A stretch of 64,000 bases of DNA, from positions 25,442,534 to 25,506,533 of the forward strand of contig CM120644.1 in the NCBI GenBank assembly GCA_051362555.1. The letters are read 5' to 3'. The position numbers were made by a program, and so were the translations under genes. Shown here in pieces: positions 24,741-38,771 of the stretch. Position 1 is the first letter of the stretch; each line of letters opens with the position of its first letter. The DNA is from Lingula anatina (Eukaryota > Animalia > Brachiopoda). The notes beneath the pieces were generated by a model. The model searched no databases. It was not told the DNA's origin and saw nothing but the letters and a program-made list of their open reading frames with translations.

Positions 24741-27174
24741 CTATGGATACCAAATTGAGACATTCATTGCTGCATAAGACTCTTAACTTGAGTGGTGACC
24801 ATATTGAATATTGTAGACATTAAACTGGTTTAAAATATAAAAAAAATTAAACTTCTTAATAAAGTCTTAACATTTTAGAATTATGTATTCAAGAAATATT
24901 TGACGTAATGATTGTCCCAGCCCCATTATTTGAAAATCATTTGCAGTGACACCCCATCTTGACTTTATTGATGTTTTTGGCCATTACTTACTAGCAAAAG
25001 GAGACTGGAATTCAATCAAATTAATTAAATGTATAACTTTTTAGAATTAACATTTGATTTCGATTATTTTTACTTTTTTATTTACATGAATGGCTTATGG
25101 TAAGAATTCACAGTTAATAGTAGTATGGTTGCCATCTTGGATATCCTGTCATATTTGAAACATTTGAAATATTTTAAATAGAGAAAGCTTCGAAATCATA
25201 CCAAAATAGGAAAAAGGAGTCTGCAATATATACAGTTTTATCAAAAACATGTACATTACGCCTTCTGTATTCATTTTCACTGCAGTTTGATTTTTTCTCA
25301 TTACGTACAGAGAATTTATGGGCAAAAAATCAGAAGGGATCATTTGTTCAATTCTGTAGCCTTCCAGAAATTTGAACTGAATTAAACAATACTGTAGATG
25401 AATTATTGCATGAAAAAGACATTCAATTTGAACTCTAGAAAGACATAAAGCTTTCGTTCATAATCAACTCACTATAACCAACTCTTTTTCATTGGTAGCC
25501 GTCATTGATTTATGGCAATCAAGTAAAACATGATGAATTTAAGGAAATATGAATGGTCAAAGTAGCAAGAAAGGCCTGGACGTTAAAGATACATTAAAGA
25601 TATACGTCACAGTGGTTTTAAAATAATGTTTCTTTAATTTCTCTATATATATATATTATTAGTAATGAATCAGATAAGTAAGCATATTAAATATTATTTA
25701 ATGTACGTAATAGCAGCCATCTTGAATATTAATTGCAATGTAAAAATCTGAGAAAGTTTCTTTGAAATAATTCGAAGAAAAAGTTATTTAGGATAAAAAG
25801 TAATTTAAAAATGAGTTCAAAAAAGTACAGAAATACTGGGTACGCAATTTAGTAAGGCTCTCAACGTGGTATTGTCCACACAGGTAGTTGCAGTTCATTT
25901 TCAACAATGGCCAACTTGGAATCATGATAAATGAAGCAAAAATAATCACTTTTTGACAGAATGAAGTGTCCAAGAAGCAAAATGAGATTGCAATACAGAT
26001 AAATTTATCAAAAAATAAATATCTTTAATTTGCTAATTATCCAATTTGATGTTTTTCAACATGCAAATCAAAATAATGTATGTTTTGGATCCAGAAATTG
26101 ACGGCCATTTTGGACTTTTCAACCCTAAACTACAAGCCTAAAAGCATTTTGAATCATTCAGTTATATATTCCATTCCATAACTTGAACAATAAGGCTCAG
26201 AAATAGCCTTTTACGTAAGGCTCATAACATATGGTATTGTCCATACGGGTAGCGTGCAGTTCATTTTTATCAATGGCAAACTTGGAATCATGATAAATGA
26301 AGAAAAATTAACCACTTTTTGGCTGAATAAAGTGTCTAAGAAGCAAAATGAAATTTCAATACAGATAAATTTATCAAAAAATAAATGTTTTTAATTTACT
26401 TATTATTCAATTAATGTTTTTTAACATGCAAATCAAAATAATGTATGTTTTGAATCCAGAAATTGGCGGCCATTTTGGATTTTTATACCCTGAACAAAAT
26501 CTCAAAACAATTTAAATTATTCAGTCATACATTTCATACCATGACCTGTGCAATAAATCCTCCATTAAGTAGTCTGAGATGTTTTATACTGAGAAAGGCT
26601 TGTTGACATATCAAAACAAAAAGCCCATTTTATGTGGTGGCCATCTTGGATTAGAGCCATCTGTGTTGAAATGTACAATTTTGTGATAAATTAACTGGTA
26701 AAAATTAAAAATATAGACTTCAACTTATTCATATACATCAAAACATGTAAAATATTCCTAATTTTTGGTTAATAAAAAAAAATTCAAATTAAGGTATTTG
26801 TATTTTTTCACAAAAAGTAAGGAAAATGGCCGCCATCTTGGATTCAGTCGCCATCTTGAAAAATGTAAAGTGCCTGAAAAATCAAAGAAGGCCAAAGTAC
26901 TTGTGATCAGTGCAAATTTTGATAATATTAAGTTGTTAAGTAACTTTTAAATCAATTTTTGTATTTACAGTTGACACATGAATTTACTGGCGGCCATCTT
27001 GGATTTGGCCTGTTTCCGGTACAAACGGACACTTTTTCAAGCCGGAAACAAGCAGAAATGAAAAATTCAGGTTCTAAACTACAAGAATCAATCATAAAAC
27101 CTTTGCCTGACGGGGGGTGCAGCCAAATTGGATTTTTTGGCCTTTGGCTCATGGACTAATGGCGGTTTTCTATC

Positions 27175-27177
<3 letters not shown>

Positions 27178-27229
<52 letters not shown>

Positions 27230-27750
27230 AGGGGGGAGAGGGAGGGAGGGAGGGAGGGAGGGAGGGAGGGAGGGAGAGAGGTAGAGAGAGAGAGAGGGGG
27301 AGGGAGGGAGGGAGAGAGGGAGGGAGGGAGGGAGGGAGAGAGGGAGGGAGAGAGAGAGAGAGAGAGGGAGAGAGAGAGAGAGAGGGAGGGAGGGAGGGAG
27401 AGAGAGAGAGAGAGAGGGAGGAAGGGAGGGAGAGAGGGAGGGAGGGAGGGAGGGAGAGAGGGAGGGAGAGAGAGAGAGAGAGGGAGGGAGAGAGAGAGAG
27501 AGAGGGAGGGAGAGAGAGAGAGAGGGAGGGAGGGAGAGAGGGAGGGAGGGAGGGAGAGAGGGAGAGAGAGAGAGGGAGAGAGAGAGAGAGAGGGAGGGAG
27601 GGAGGGAGAGAGAGAGAGAGAGAGGGAGGGAGGGAGGGAGAGAGAGAGAGGGAGGGAGGGAGGGAGGGAGAGAGGGAGGGAGGGAGGGAGGGAGGGAGAG
27701 AGAGAGGGAGGGAGAGAGGGAGGGAGGGAGGGAGGGAGAGAGAGAGAGAA
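27178..27750. repeat. Polypurine (GA)n/(GGGA)n microsatellite, ~570 bp
   Basis: Almost exclusively G and A on the plus strand. Confidence 0.95.
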
Positions 27751-28015
27751 GGGGGCTTTTCCTCTGATGAACTTGACAACCTTGTACTTCTGCGCTATTT
27801 GTTACTTTATAGTTGATGATGGGCATTATTGTGTTTTTTTTTACCTAACATTTCGTTTAGAATACTGGATCCAACATTAGGTTGCTAAATTGACAGATAT
27901 CTGTGATATGTAAACAGTATAGACATTATATATATAACAAAATGGGTCACTGAAGAAAGAACGGTAAGTTTGGGCTTTTTCTGATCCGCTTTCATAACGT
28001 GTAGATAAACACGAA

Positions 28016-28259
28016 GAGAACATTCCCAGACACTATCGTACTAACTTTGGACCGAACTATTTCCAAGGGGATTCTCGCTTAATTGCAATAAACTTGGGCG
28101 GTTTAAATGTCTGTCACGCCTACTGAAGCCGACAGGGGGTTTAGCAGTTTTAGTAGGCGTCCCAGACATCTAAGCCACTTGAGCTGAAAACAATTTAGCG
28201 AGAGATCCCGTGGAGATGGACCCATCCTGTTAGATCGATCTAGGTATGGGAACACAGTC
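28016..28259. mobile_element. MITE (PIF/Harbinger-like), copy 1
   Basis: Reverse complement of 33344-33600; imperfect TIRs (cattcccaga / tgggaacacagtc) followed by TAA. Confidence 0.6.
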
Positions 28260-31200
28260 TAAGATAATTTTGTCGTATTATAATACATCAGGCTGAATTC
28301 GCAGACTGGTGACGCAACAGTAGCGTTTTTAGGGCGAAAACTGAACTATTGCTTTCAAACAGATTTTCCTGCACAGAACGCCGTCTTAACGACTATTTTA
28401 CCATAGGAATAAGTGGTGTAGGACATTTCTTAAGGGCTTACTTCAGATTTAATCAATCAAATGACGAAGTAATGCCTTTATTAAATGGAACATCGTAATT
28501 GCAGGGGGAAGGGGTCTTATCTTCTAAACAAATTAATTGAAGACCAAACAATGGCAATGGATTGCAGGCGAATCCTGACAATTTTCATGGAAATATGTGA
28601 CTTAGTTACGTCAGAAACCGTTCACTATCTCACACCAATTTGCAAAGCAGCAGATCAAAATTTAGTCATCCATGTGTAGAGAGCGCGAGGTGGTGAATAA
28701 ATCAACAGAAACAGAGTGTGTGCTCTAAAAGTGTCTTTGTATTTCAATACTATTAAGCTAAGTATTTCACATGAAAGTGAATGTAACGTCTATGACGTAC
28801 TCGCATTAATACCCATCAAATGACAGCTGGCGCTCCGTGAAACTTGGCACTCAGCACACGCGTTTGCAGCGTTTGATATGCAGTCCATTTAATGACATAA
28901 AAAAGAAAATTGAATACCACACTGGACAGTCACCTACAGCTGGCATGACCCCTGACGCTTCCTCGAACTCCCATAGACTTCAGCAGAAAACTGAATTAAT
29001 TTGCACTCTAATTAAGTTTGTACCATCTCTTTGCGGCTCGAACTATCTGTAGCTAATGGACCCGCCGTGAATAGGAAGGATATTCTGGAGCAATGCTCAC
29101 AAAATCTGCCATGTAAAGCCTGGTATTATTGTTTGCACTGTACTGAATTCTGAGAGAATTCTCAGTTGACCTTTTCAAGCTTCACGGCACCGTAAAAGGG
29201 CGGTATGAATATTGCTGTTTATAGCTAAACTAAATGATAACAGGGATCATATGCATATGAGAACCTTTGTTTACGCTGAACCCAGAACTGAACCAGAGAT
29301 CAATGCTATAATAACAGTGCAAAAAGGCTGATACCCTTTCAATACATAATGATTTTCTGCCATGACCACCTGGGTAACTTTTTAATGCCATTCCTTTCTG
29401 TTTCGCATTTGTTCAAAAAAGTGATCGTTAGAGTAATGTGCTTTTACACAAAAAACTCAATTCTTGTTTGATCTAATCGTATATATATATGTGTGTAGAC
29501 CGCCGTGTTAATGGGCAAATGCTATCATGGGATGGTTTATTTCAAAAGAAGGAGACGAACATCAACTTATTTGTCATTAAAAAGATGTTTGCACCCTGAA
29601 CCGGAAGTAAACTAAGATTTACCCAGCTCTATGACTGAAATAGATGTCTTGACAGATGAACAGAAACTCATTTAAAAAAAAAATTATTATTCGTTTAATG
29701 CTTCTTTGCAACGCCTGGAAATATAGCGGAACATTTTGATAGAAAAAAATAAGCTCATAAAATTATCGTAGATGATCCATGGATAAACACTGTCTTATCG
29801 TCTGGCATCGACCTTTCCTGCTTAACTAATCATTATATAAGTTCAAACATACAGGTCTATTCTGTAACCTTAGGCATATGTAAAAAATCGTGTCCAAACT
29901 CCTGTGTAAATATACCATGAATAGCAATGAGTGCACTGGGGGGAATACAGATTAGTTTACTGCTTACTTGATTTGATAATGAATATCTACTAAATCAAGT
30001 CCTATTATTGTAGCTGTAAGGTGGAATGGCGGTAATGGTACTTATGAACAGGACGTACTGGAATAGAACTGTGATTTGCCCATCGTTCGTCACGTTGAGT
30101 GATGGACTTTTAATATACGAGAACAGTGTCACTAGAGCCCAGTAAGACACGGACGTTGTCTCTTTACAGGGGTGGATCCAGGATTATTTGAAGGGGGGTC
30201 AGCGGATGCGAAGCCTCACCCCCCCCCCCCCTTGGCGTGGGGCTCGGGGCGCGCTGAAAGGCCCCGAAAAAATTCGTATTTTAGAGGGCCAACAGTGCCA
30301 TTTGGTACGGTGTAGAACTATGATTCAGCTAGTTACAGTTCTAATTTCACGACTTCACCATGTCGTTCAGCAGGGGAGAGTCTGACTCTATTTCTGTCTC
30401 CGCCATATGTAGATATTACAGAGATTGTATAGAGATAAATAATTATCAGGCCTACGGGGAAAGCTATTGGTTCCCTTAAGTCAATTTCCAAATGTTTTCG
30501 TTTTCCAGTAGAATACAATTACCTAATAGAATAGCAAAGAAGTGTACATAGGGATTAGTGATGCAGGCTTTGTAGAAGTGCCCTACATTAGAAATATTGT
30601 GTCAGTCTTCTTTAAGGAACATTGTAAGATGTCACATAACAGCCTTTGTTCAGTGCTGGATACAAGACGCCCCACCGTCATTTCACTTAACGTCCTCTCA
30701 TTGTTTGACAAATGTCAGAGGAAATTGCCGCTCACAATATATCTTCCCTTATTACAAAATGTGATTTGTGACGAGAGAGCAACGCAAATAAATCACTTCT
30801 GCAAAGAAAAAGAAATATGATGTAAATGTCAGTAATTTAGGAGGCAGTTTGAAAAGGAACCACATCAAGTTGAAATCAGTTTACCTGAACTAAGGTCTTT
30901 TGTAAAATGTTGTTAATATCTCTAGAAGATAGGTGTGCCTTCCATGCCCCTGGGTAGGTTGCTATGGATACCATTCAAGGTTCATGAGGAATGTAAACTT
31001 GTGTTAAAATATCCTCTCCGTGTCTGTATGTAGATGTAGCGTGTATGTAGCGGTCTGTTGACGTGGTATCAAATGACTTGTATTGTGGTTCAGGGTTTTG
31101 TTCAGTACTGGCAATAACAACACGATGTGACACGGTGTGACAAGATGGCAATAAAGTAGAAACGTGTATCTCATTGTACCAAGACATACAATATCACATG

Positions 31201-31823
31201 GTAATCCCAAATTGCTTGCTCGTTAGCAAGGTAGTTCAGAAATATTACTGTATAAATGAAGGGTTATCAAAGTTAAAATAAAAAATAAACGGGGGATGCA
31301 GTATGTATTGTTTATGTATTATTTTTAAATGGAAATTCATCAATTCCAGATATACGTATGTCACTGGTTGGTCATGTACTGCAATGCTTCGTCTTGTTGT
31401 TCTTGAAACTTTGCTTCGTAATGTCTTCGTTTTCTCAAACTTAAATGAACTTGATTTTTCATTTGTACAGGAATATCTCAACGTCAAGTAGAGACAAACG
31501 CTTACACTTTCCATTAACAGCTTATAACGTCGATCGTTTACACACAAGTCGATGAGTCTGTGATTTTGTGACGAAAAAACGTTGCAAATATTCACATAAA
31601 TAATTTGACACGCATACTCCATTCAAGTTGTTGAGATCAAAGCTCTCCGTTTGTCGCAGTTGATCTATGGGAAAAGAATAATGTGTTTTATTCTAACTCC
31701 GAATTCTATACCATGACTAGGTAGCTCCATCTATATAAAATTTAAAGGTTCCCCATTACCCTTGTCGTTAACCTGGCAAAGAAATACGAAAACTTATGTG
31801 AGGGACCTATAGAAAGGCGACCT

Positions 31824-32686
31824 GTCTCTCTGTGGGACAGTCACCAGATGATGTCCACTTCCCCATGACACAGGACTACAGACACTACTCCAGCTGTCCG
31901 TCTCTCTGTGGGACAGTCACCAGATGATGTTCACTTCCCCATGACACAGGACTACAGACACTACTCCAGTTGTCCGTCTCTCTGTGGGACAGTCACCAGA
32001 TGATGTCCACTTCCCCATGACACAGGACTACAGACACTACTCCAGTTGTCCGTCTCTCTGTGGGACAGTCACCAGATGATGTCCACTTCCCCATGACACA
32101 GGACTACAGACACTACTCCAGCTGTCCGTCTCTCTGTGGGACAGTCACCAGATGATGTTCACTTCCCCATGACACAGGACTACAGACACTACTCCAGTTG
32201 TCCGTCTCTCTGTGGGACAGTCACCAGATGATGTCCACTTCCCCATGACACAGGACCACAGACACTACTCCAGCTGTCCGTCTCTCTGTGGGACAGTCAC
32301 CAGATGATGTCCACTTCCCCATGACACAGGACTACAGACACTACTCCAGCTGTCCGTCTCTCTGTGGGACAGTCACCAGATGATGTCCACTTCCCCATGA
32401 CACAGGACCACAGACACTACTCCAGCTGTCCGTCTCTCTGTGGGACAGTCACCAGATGATGTCCACTTCCCCATGACACAGGACTACAGACACTACTCCA
32501 GTTGTCCGTCTCTCTGTGGGACAGTCACCAGATGATGTCCACTTCCCCATGACACAGGACTACAGACACTACTCCAGCTGTCCGTCTCTCTGTGGGACAG
32601 TCACCAGATGATGTCCACTTCCCCATGACACAGGACCACAGACACTACTCCAGCTGTCCGTCTCTCTGTGGGACAGTCACCAGATG
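31824..32686. repeat. 76-bp minisatellite, ~11 near-identical copies
   Basis: tgtgggacagtcaccagatgatgtccacttccccatgacacaggactacagacactactccagctgtccgtctctc at 31831 + 76n. Confidence 0.95.
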
Positions 32687-33343
32687 TTTGAAAAAAAGAT
32701 ATTGCAAAAGAATCGTCTTACACAGGAAGAATGGTGGTCCTTGCGAGAGTTATACATTGGGATATATGGCCGTCATTTTAAGCACAATGTATGGATAATA
32801 CAGAAAAGTTCCTTTCCTAGGCTCAAACATGTTAAGTACGGAGGCTGCAATGGATCATAGATTGTCGTTGATTTTAACGAGTAGGGGAATCACACCTTGT
32901 TGTTAGCAAGTTGACAAGGGAAACAGTAAACTAAATGGAACCACTGGCGTGACGTTGCCAGCAGCTTGAAGCTAATTCAGTCCAAGCAATATCATTACTG
33001 CTCATCTACTTACACAGAGGGATTGTAATCCCATTTATTAGGCTTCAACTTCCGCTGAAAGATGCGTGGCAGAGCCGATAATTTTGTTGGAATTTGATTT
33101 ACGTTGCTGTAAACATATCAAATCTGAATAAAAGAGGGATAGAAAAGGGAGCGCAGCGTTCTTTCAAGGCTTTCTCAGCATGAGAGGTTTATTTACGCAT
33201 ATCTCGTTAAGCGCTATCTCAAACATGCTCTCATACATACCTATTCACAACCGCGACCCAGTCTCACGAGATAAAGACCCCCCCCCCCACGGTCCATGGA
33301 ATAACGTTTGTTGGGTCCCAGCTGAGACCGAGGTTGTGACTTA

Positions 33344-33600
33344 GACTGGGTTCCCATCCCTAGAGCGATCTAACAGGATCGGTCCATCTCCACGGGGTTC
33401 CTCGCTAAATTGCTTTCAGCTTAAGTGGCTTAGATGTCTGGGACGCCTACTAAAACTGCTCAACGAAAGTCAATTACCCCCTAATAGCTTCAGTAGGCGT
33501 GACAGATATCTAAGCCGCTTAAGTTAATTGCAATTTAGGAAGTGTCCCCTTGGAGGTAGTTCGATCAAAAGTTAGTACGATAGGGTCTAGGAATGGTCTC
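33344..33600. mobile_element. MITE (PIF/Harbinger-like), copy 2, inverted relative to 28016-28259
   Basis: TTA|gactgggttcccatcc...ctaggaatggtctc; colinear with the reverse complement of copy 1. Confidence 0.6.
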
Positions 33601-33790
33601 TTGCCTTAATTAGTCTGTTGTGGAGCCGCAGCGTTTGAAATAAAACTTCTCCAGAGAGCTGTCTACCAAACACTACTCGACCCGCCAAACTGGATGGTAG
33701 ATGTATCAGTAAAGCTGCATTCATTGCTGCTGTATGTGTATTAGAAGAGAAACAGCGTTTTTCGGTCTGTTTGACATCATGCACAGGCAC

Positions 33791-33875
<85 letters not shown>

Positions 33876-35094
33876 ATATATATATATAAATAAATAAATA
33901 AATAAATAAATAAATAGATAAACCCGAGACATGTCTAAACCTCCTGAGCTCTCTGAATACCATATATAACACTGGCCTCTATCCATTTAGACTATTACTA
34001 AATATCCAGCTTCCAAGGTGGTAATTAATGAGTGTTTAATAATAATAATGTGGGTCGCGTTTAAAATAAGAAACTTAAAGATAAGTAATAAATAAGTCAT
34101 TAGTATTGAGCTTCCTCGCCTGGAGTGTGTGCTTTTCGTAGTGCCTTTATTTGTCCAAAACGAAACAGATAGAAAGCGCGTCTTTTGTTCTTATGTGACA
34201 TATTTGAAAACTATTCAAGCATCAGACAATGCTATCAAAGCAACGGCTAGAAAGATTATGTATGCTATCATATCTGTCACGATGTGAAAACCAAATAGCG
34301 TTCATTGTTTATCTATTATCCGTTCACATAAAACAGGGCATTTCCACTCGTAATGCCAAGCCTTGGAGCAGTCAAAAACTTGAACTACTCCAAAACAGCC
34401 CGTAAAGAGAATTGATTTTGTTCCACACTGCAGCTCTTTAGCACAAAGTTAATTTAACACCTAAATGTCCATTAGCGTACTGCGTTCCAATTAGAGATCT
34501 GGGGCGCACCTTTGATACTCTGTGTCGACCTCTGCTCACAAAGATAACACATGGATGCCTTGAAACCGTGTGATATTGACTGACGGTGGTGCACCGTTCA
34601 CCCCGTTTTCTGAGGGTCTTAAACCGTGTTCATATTAATTTGCTGGAACAGACCGCTAACGGAGCCTGAGAGTCTTAATAGGGAGAGTTGGTAAAGTCGT
34701 TTTTGAGTCGACATGAATGTTTCCCAACGATTAGTCGGATTATTTGGCAGCTAATTTTAACACTGTCACTGACTAATCAAAGTTGATGAATCGTTAAAGC
34801 TAATCAAGAGAGTACATATTACGTCGTGTGGTTTTTCTTCACACCAGTGATTCTACTTTTAACCAAGAAAGCGCTGAAATGCAGATAATTCCGCCAATGA
34901 TCAAATGCTATTTAAGTGTATTCAGTTTTTATCTTCGCGGAGTTTTTAATTAGAGGCGCGATTTTGAATCCACGAATACCTGACAAAACCTTGTCAATGG
35001 AGAAGTTTCAAAACGATAATTCTAACATGGCGACCAAGGTTTGGTTTCTTTTATGTAAAACTGTCAGCTAGATTCATCGAAGGAGTGCCTCGCA

Positions 35095-35450
35095 TATTGA
35101 GGGTTGATATGATAATGTGGCGTACACAAAGCTGATTGAGGTCTGATATGATAATGTGGCGTACACCAAGCTGATTGAGGTCTGATATGATAATGTGGCG
35201 TACACAAAGCTGATTGAGGTCTGATATGATAATGTGGCGTACACAAAGCTGATTGAGGTCTGATATGATAATGTGGCGTACACAAAGCTGATTGAGGTCT
35301 GATATGATAATGTGGCGTACACAAAGCTGATTGAGGTCTGATATGATAATGTGGCGTACACAAAGCTGATTGAGGTCTGATATGATAATGTGGCGTACAC
35401 AAAGCTATATGAGGGTTGATATGATAATGTGGCGTACACAAAGCTGATTA
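35095..35450. repeat. 39-bp minisatellite, ~9 copies
   Basis: gaggtctgatatgataatgtggcgtacacaaagctgatt units. Confidence 0.95.
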
Positions 35451-35552
35451 ACCACACTCTTCAAAGGTCATATACTACCATAATGCCAGTGCGGTTTGTC
35501 TCTTTTCATCGTTTTACCGTATACATAATATTGTTCTTTGTCATTTTTCAAA

Positions 35553-35981
35553 TGTAGTACGCAGTCAGTGAAGCACACATAAGCACACTGACATGTATTC
35601 TACAACCACTGTAGTACGCAGTCAGTGAAGCACACATAAACACACGTACACGTATTCTACAACCACTGTAGTACGCAGTCAGTGGAGCACACATTAACAC
35701 ACGTACACGTATTCTACAACCACTGTAGTACGCAGTCAGTGGAGCACACATTAACACTACTTAATGATAAATTTTGACTCAAAAGATATTATAACCATGC
35801 AGCATAATAGTCTCAACGCTTGAATAACAACCGATTCGAACACTCAGTTTTATCTGCCTGGGACGACACCATGAGATAGTGAAATACGTGGCATGTTTTA
35901 TCAGCCTGGGACAACACCATGAGATAGTGAAATACGTGGCATGTTTTATCAGCCTGGGACAACACCATGAGATAGTGAAAT
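35553..35981. repeat. Two short tandem arrays (57-bp x ~3.5; 48-bp x ~2.7)
   Basis: tgtagtacgcagtcagtg... units at 35553-35757; gcctgggacaacaccatgagatagtgaaat... units at 35850-35981. Confidence 0.85.
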
Positions 35982-37456
35982 TACCAGTTGACCTTTCTTT
36001 TTATCCAACCGATGTTAAGTTTATCTTCAAAAAGAAATCTCTTAAGTGAATGTTACGAAGAAACTGAAATAGGAATCAGCATCTGTGTTAAGAATCTTAA
36101 GTGTGTTGCAAGGATTCTATCACCGTATATTTAAGCACACTCATTAAACAGAAATACTTGTACTTTCGTCGAGCTCATTTATATTATACTTTTGACGTGG
36201 ACACTGTGTACAAAGTTTACTATAGGGGATTGCTTTCACGCTGGGTATTTTCTAAACCAATATTCTAGCGAGCATTTATCTATAATCAGTGATGTGCAAC
36301 CAATGTGCTAACCTTGTTTACAGTAGCGATGTGTAGTTACAATATATCCACTTGGCACCTTAACATCTTCACAGAATCATTAAATCCAGACGTGACACAA
36401 TAATCATTTAAATGTTTTTTCTAAGTATATAGTAAACAATCGAGTCAGAACTTAACCCTATATGCTATCATTTACTTAACTGGGTTCATCCTACGCCTGA
36501 CAGACGCCAGCGTTAACTCAATACATCCTCCCTGCACAGACGCTACACTTCTTAATGGCAGGTAGCTGTGAAAACACAGTGTGTTTTTATTAATGTAGCG
36601 TCTGCTCAATCTCTTTATTTGTGAGGTGTACGGCCAGCCATATACTACTATGTAAGTATTTCTATGTGATCCCAGAAACAGAGAGTTACTGTTGATAAAG
36701 AGACCTAGAAAAAAGAAAAAAAAAATAGACCCGCAAACCTTCATCTGGTCTGATGGCAATGGTGGAGGTCAGGTGAAGCATACTTTGGTTGTTCTCCGTT
36801 AAAAGGGAACGGCATCCGAGGATTGATTGACACTTTGGCCCCATTCAGAATAGGGGACTTAACTATTTTGACCACGGATCTAGAAAGTAGTGTTAAATGG
36901 TTATGCAACCTAACCGTATACAAAGGTGTCCGTATTTCGAACCTGTTTCTTATTTTTATTCATTCTAAATTTGAGCGGTTCCGGACACTAGGTATATGTT
37001 ATTATACTTCAAAGGGATCCGATAATCAACCACCGCAAAAAAAAGGGGGAATTTAGTCTGCTTGGTCCCGGTCGATTTTATGTGGGAGATAGTAAATGTC
37101 GATTAAAACGTTGGTCATTTTTCTTATTTCGATAAAACAATATCGATGTCTTCACTAACGCACACTACCTCTCGTTTATCTTGGTTCAGCGTGTGTTAAA
37201 CCTTTGCGTTCAGGCCGTTTTTAATTCCTCTGGGATCCTGGCCTCAGATGGCCGCCAGTAGAACGAAGCATAACTAAGTTACAGGGTGATGATAAGATAT
37301 GGCTCCAGGTTGAAGAATTAGTATCTTTGGACTGAGGGAATACGTATTCCCTGCGTCCAGTTAATAAGAAAAAGAATTAGGGGGAGGGGGATGTTAAAAG
37401 ATACAACAAGGCCATATTGGCCCCAGTGGAACAAGGGAATATATGCACTTGTATTA

Positions 37457-37642
37457 CAGCGTGTTCAGAACAGCGGACTAACAGATCCGCGGATCAAATA
37501 AGGCCGACGCACTTGAATGCTTGTAGCATAATCCCCGCGGGGAATCTATTCAATGTTTAATCAGGGAATTAAGCGGCAAGCTTTGCAGTGGGTCGCCATA
37601 CTTGATCCGCGGATCTGTTAGTCCGCTGTTTTGAATGGGCTC
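37457..37642. mobile_element. Fold-back MITE with TTA target duplication (Harbinger-like)
   Basis: ttcagaacagcggactaacagatccgcggatcaa ... ttgatccgcggatctgttagtccgctgttttgaa; TTA at 37454-37456 and 37643-37645. Confidence 0.75.
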
Positions 37643-37656
37643 TTAAACATCAACGC

Positions 37657-38278
37657 TGTTATGTCATGACAATTTACAATGTGACAGAGGAACAAGTGCG
37701 TCTATATATACCAGTATGTCTTAAATTAAGACATGTTATGTCATGACAATTTACAATGTGACAGAGGAACAAGTGCGTCTATATATACCAGTATGTCTTA
37801 AATTAAGACATGTTATGTCATGACAATTTACAATGTGACAGAGGAACAAGTGCGTCTATATATACCAGTATGTCTTAAATTAAGACATGTTATGTCATGA
37901 CAATTTACAATGTGACAGAGGAACAAGTGCGTCTATATATAGCAGTATGTCTTAAATTAAGACATGTTATGTCATGACAATTTACAATGTGACAGAGGAA
38001 CAAGTGCGTCTATATATACCAGTATGTCTTAAATTAAGACATGTTATGTCATGACAATTTACAATGTGACAGAGGAACAAGTGCGTCTATATATACCAGT
38101 ATGTCTTAAATTAAGACATGTTATGTCATGACAATTTACAATGTGACAGAGGAACAAGTGCGTCTATATATACCAGTATGTCTTAAATTAAGACATGTTA
38201 TGTCATGACAATTTACAATGTGACAGAGGAACAAGTGCGTCTATATATACCAGTATGTCTTAAATTAAGACATGTTAT
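37657..38278. repeat. 77-bp minisatellite, 8 copies
   Basis: tgttatgtcatgacaatttacaatgtgacagaggaacaagtgcgtctatatataccagtatgtcttaaattaagaca, almost invariant. Confidence 0.95.
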
Positions 38279-38685
38279 TTGCAAAACGTACAGAATGATA
38301 TAACATACCTTTTGAGAAGAAAAACTGACAAACAAACAGCTGTATAAAGATGCTATTCAAGAGGGAAGGCATGACAAAGCAGTGCATTGCGTGCCACGTC
38401 CAGGAAAGAAAACATAGGAATTGGTATTCTGGAAGCTGTCACAATTAATAAAGAGAGAGGAACGTATGCGGTTATTATAAACATAGATAACTTGGAGGAA
38501 GTAATATGAACGCTGATGGACAAGAGGGTCATGTGACTGGGAGTTGTAGGCGGATTGAGCTGGTGCTGGAAGAAACTAATGTATATATATATATATATAA
38601 TTAACATAAATAAATAAACCCAAGACACGCCTGTTACAAAACAATGTATTATAATTAGAAGTTTAGACATTTCTTTGGTTATTTA

Positions 38686-38771
<86 letters not shown>

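Larger units (their letters stand above)
21461..27158. mobile_element. Non-autonomous long-TIR DNA transposon, Academ-like
   Basis: Near-identical inverted arms of ~1.1 kb (TAGTCCATGAGCCAAA ... TTTGGCTCATGGACTA). 3-bp TSD ATG at 21458-21460 and 27159-27161, supported by the uninterrupted neighbouring repeat copies. No intact transposase seen. The family call rests on TAG..CTA termini, the 3-bp TSD and long TIRs. Confidence 0.75.

Noticed and set aside
27128-27880. Glu/Arg/Gly-rich and Ser/Leu/Pro-rich ORFs
   Set aside because: They are translations of the GA microsatellite.
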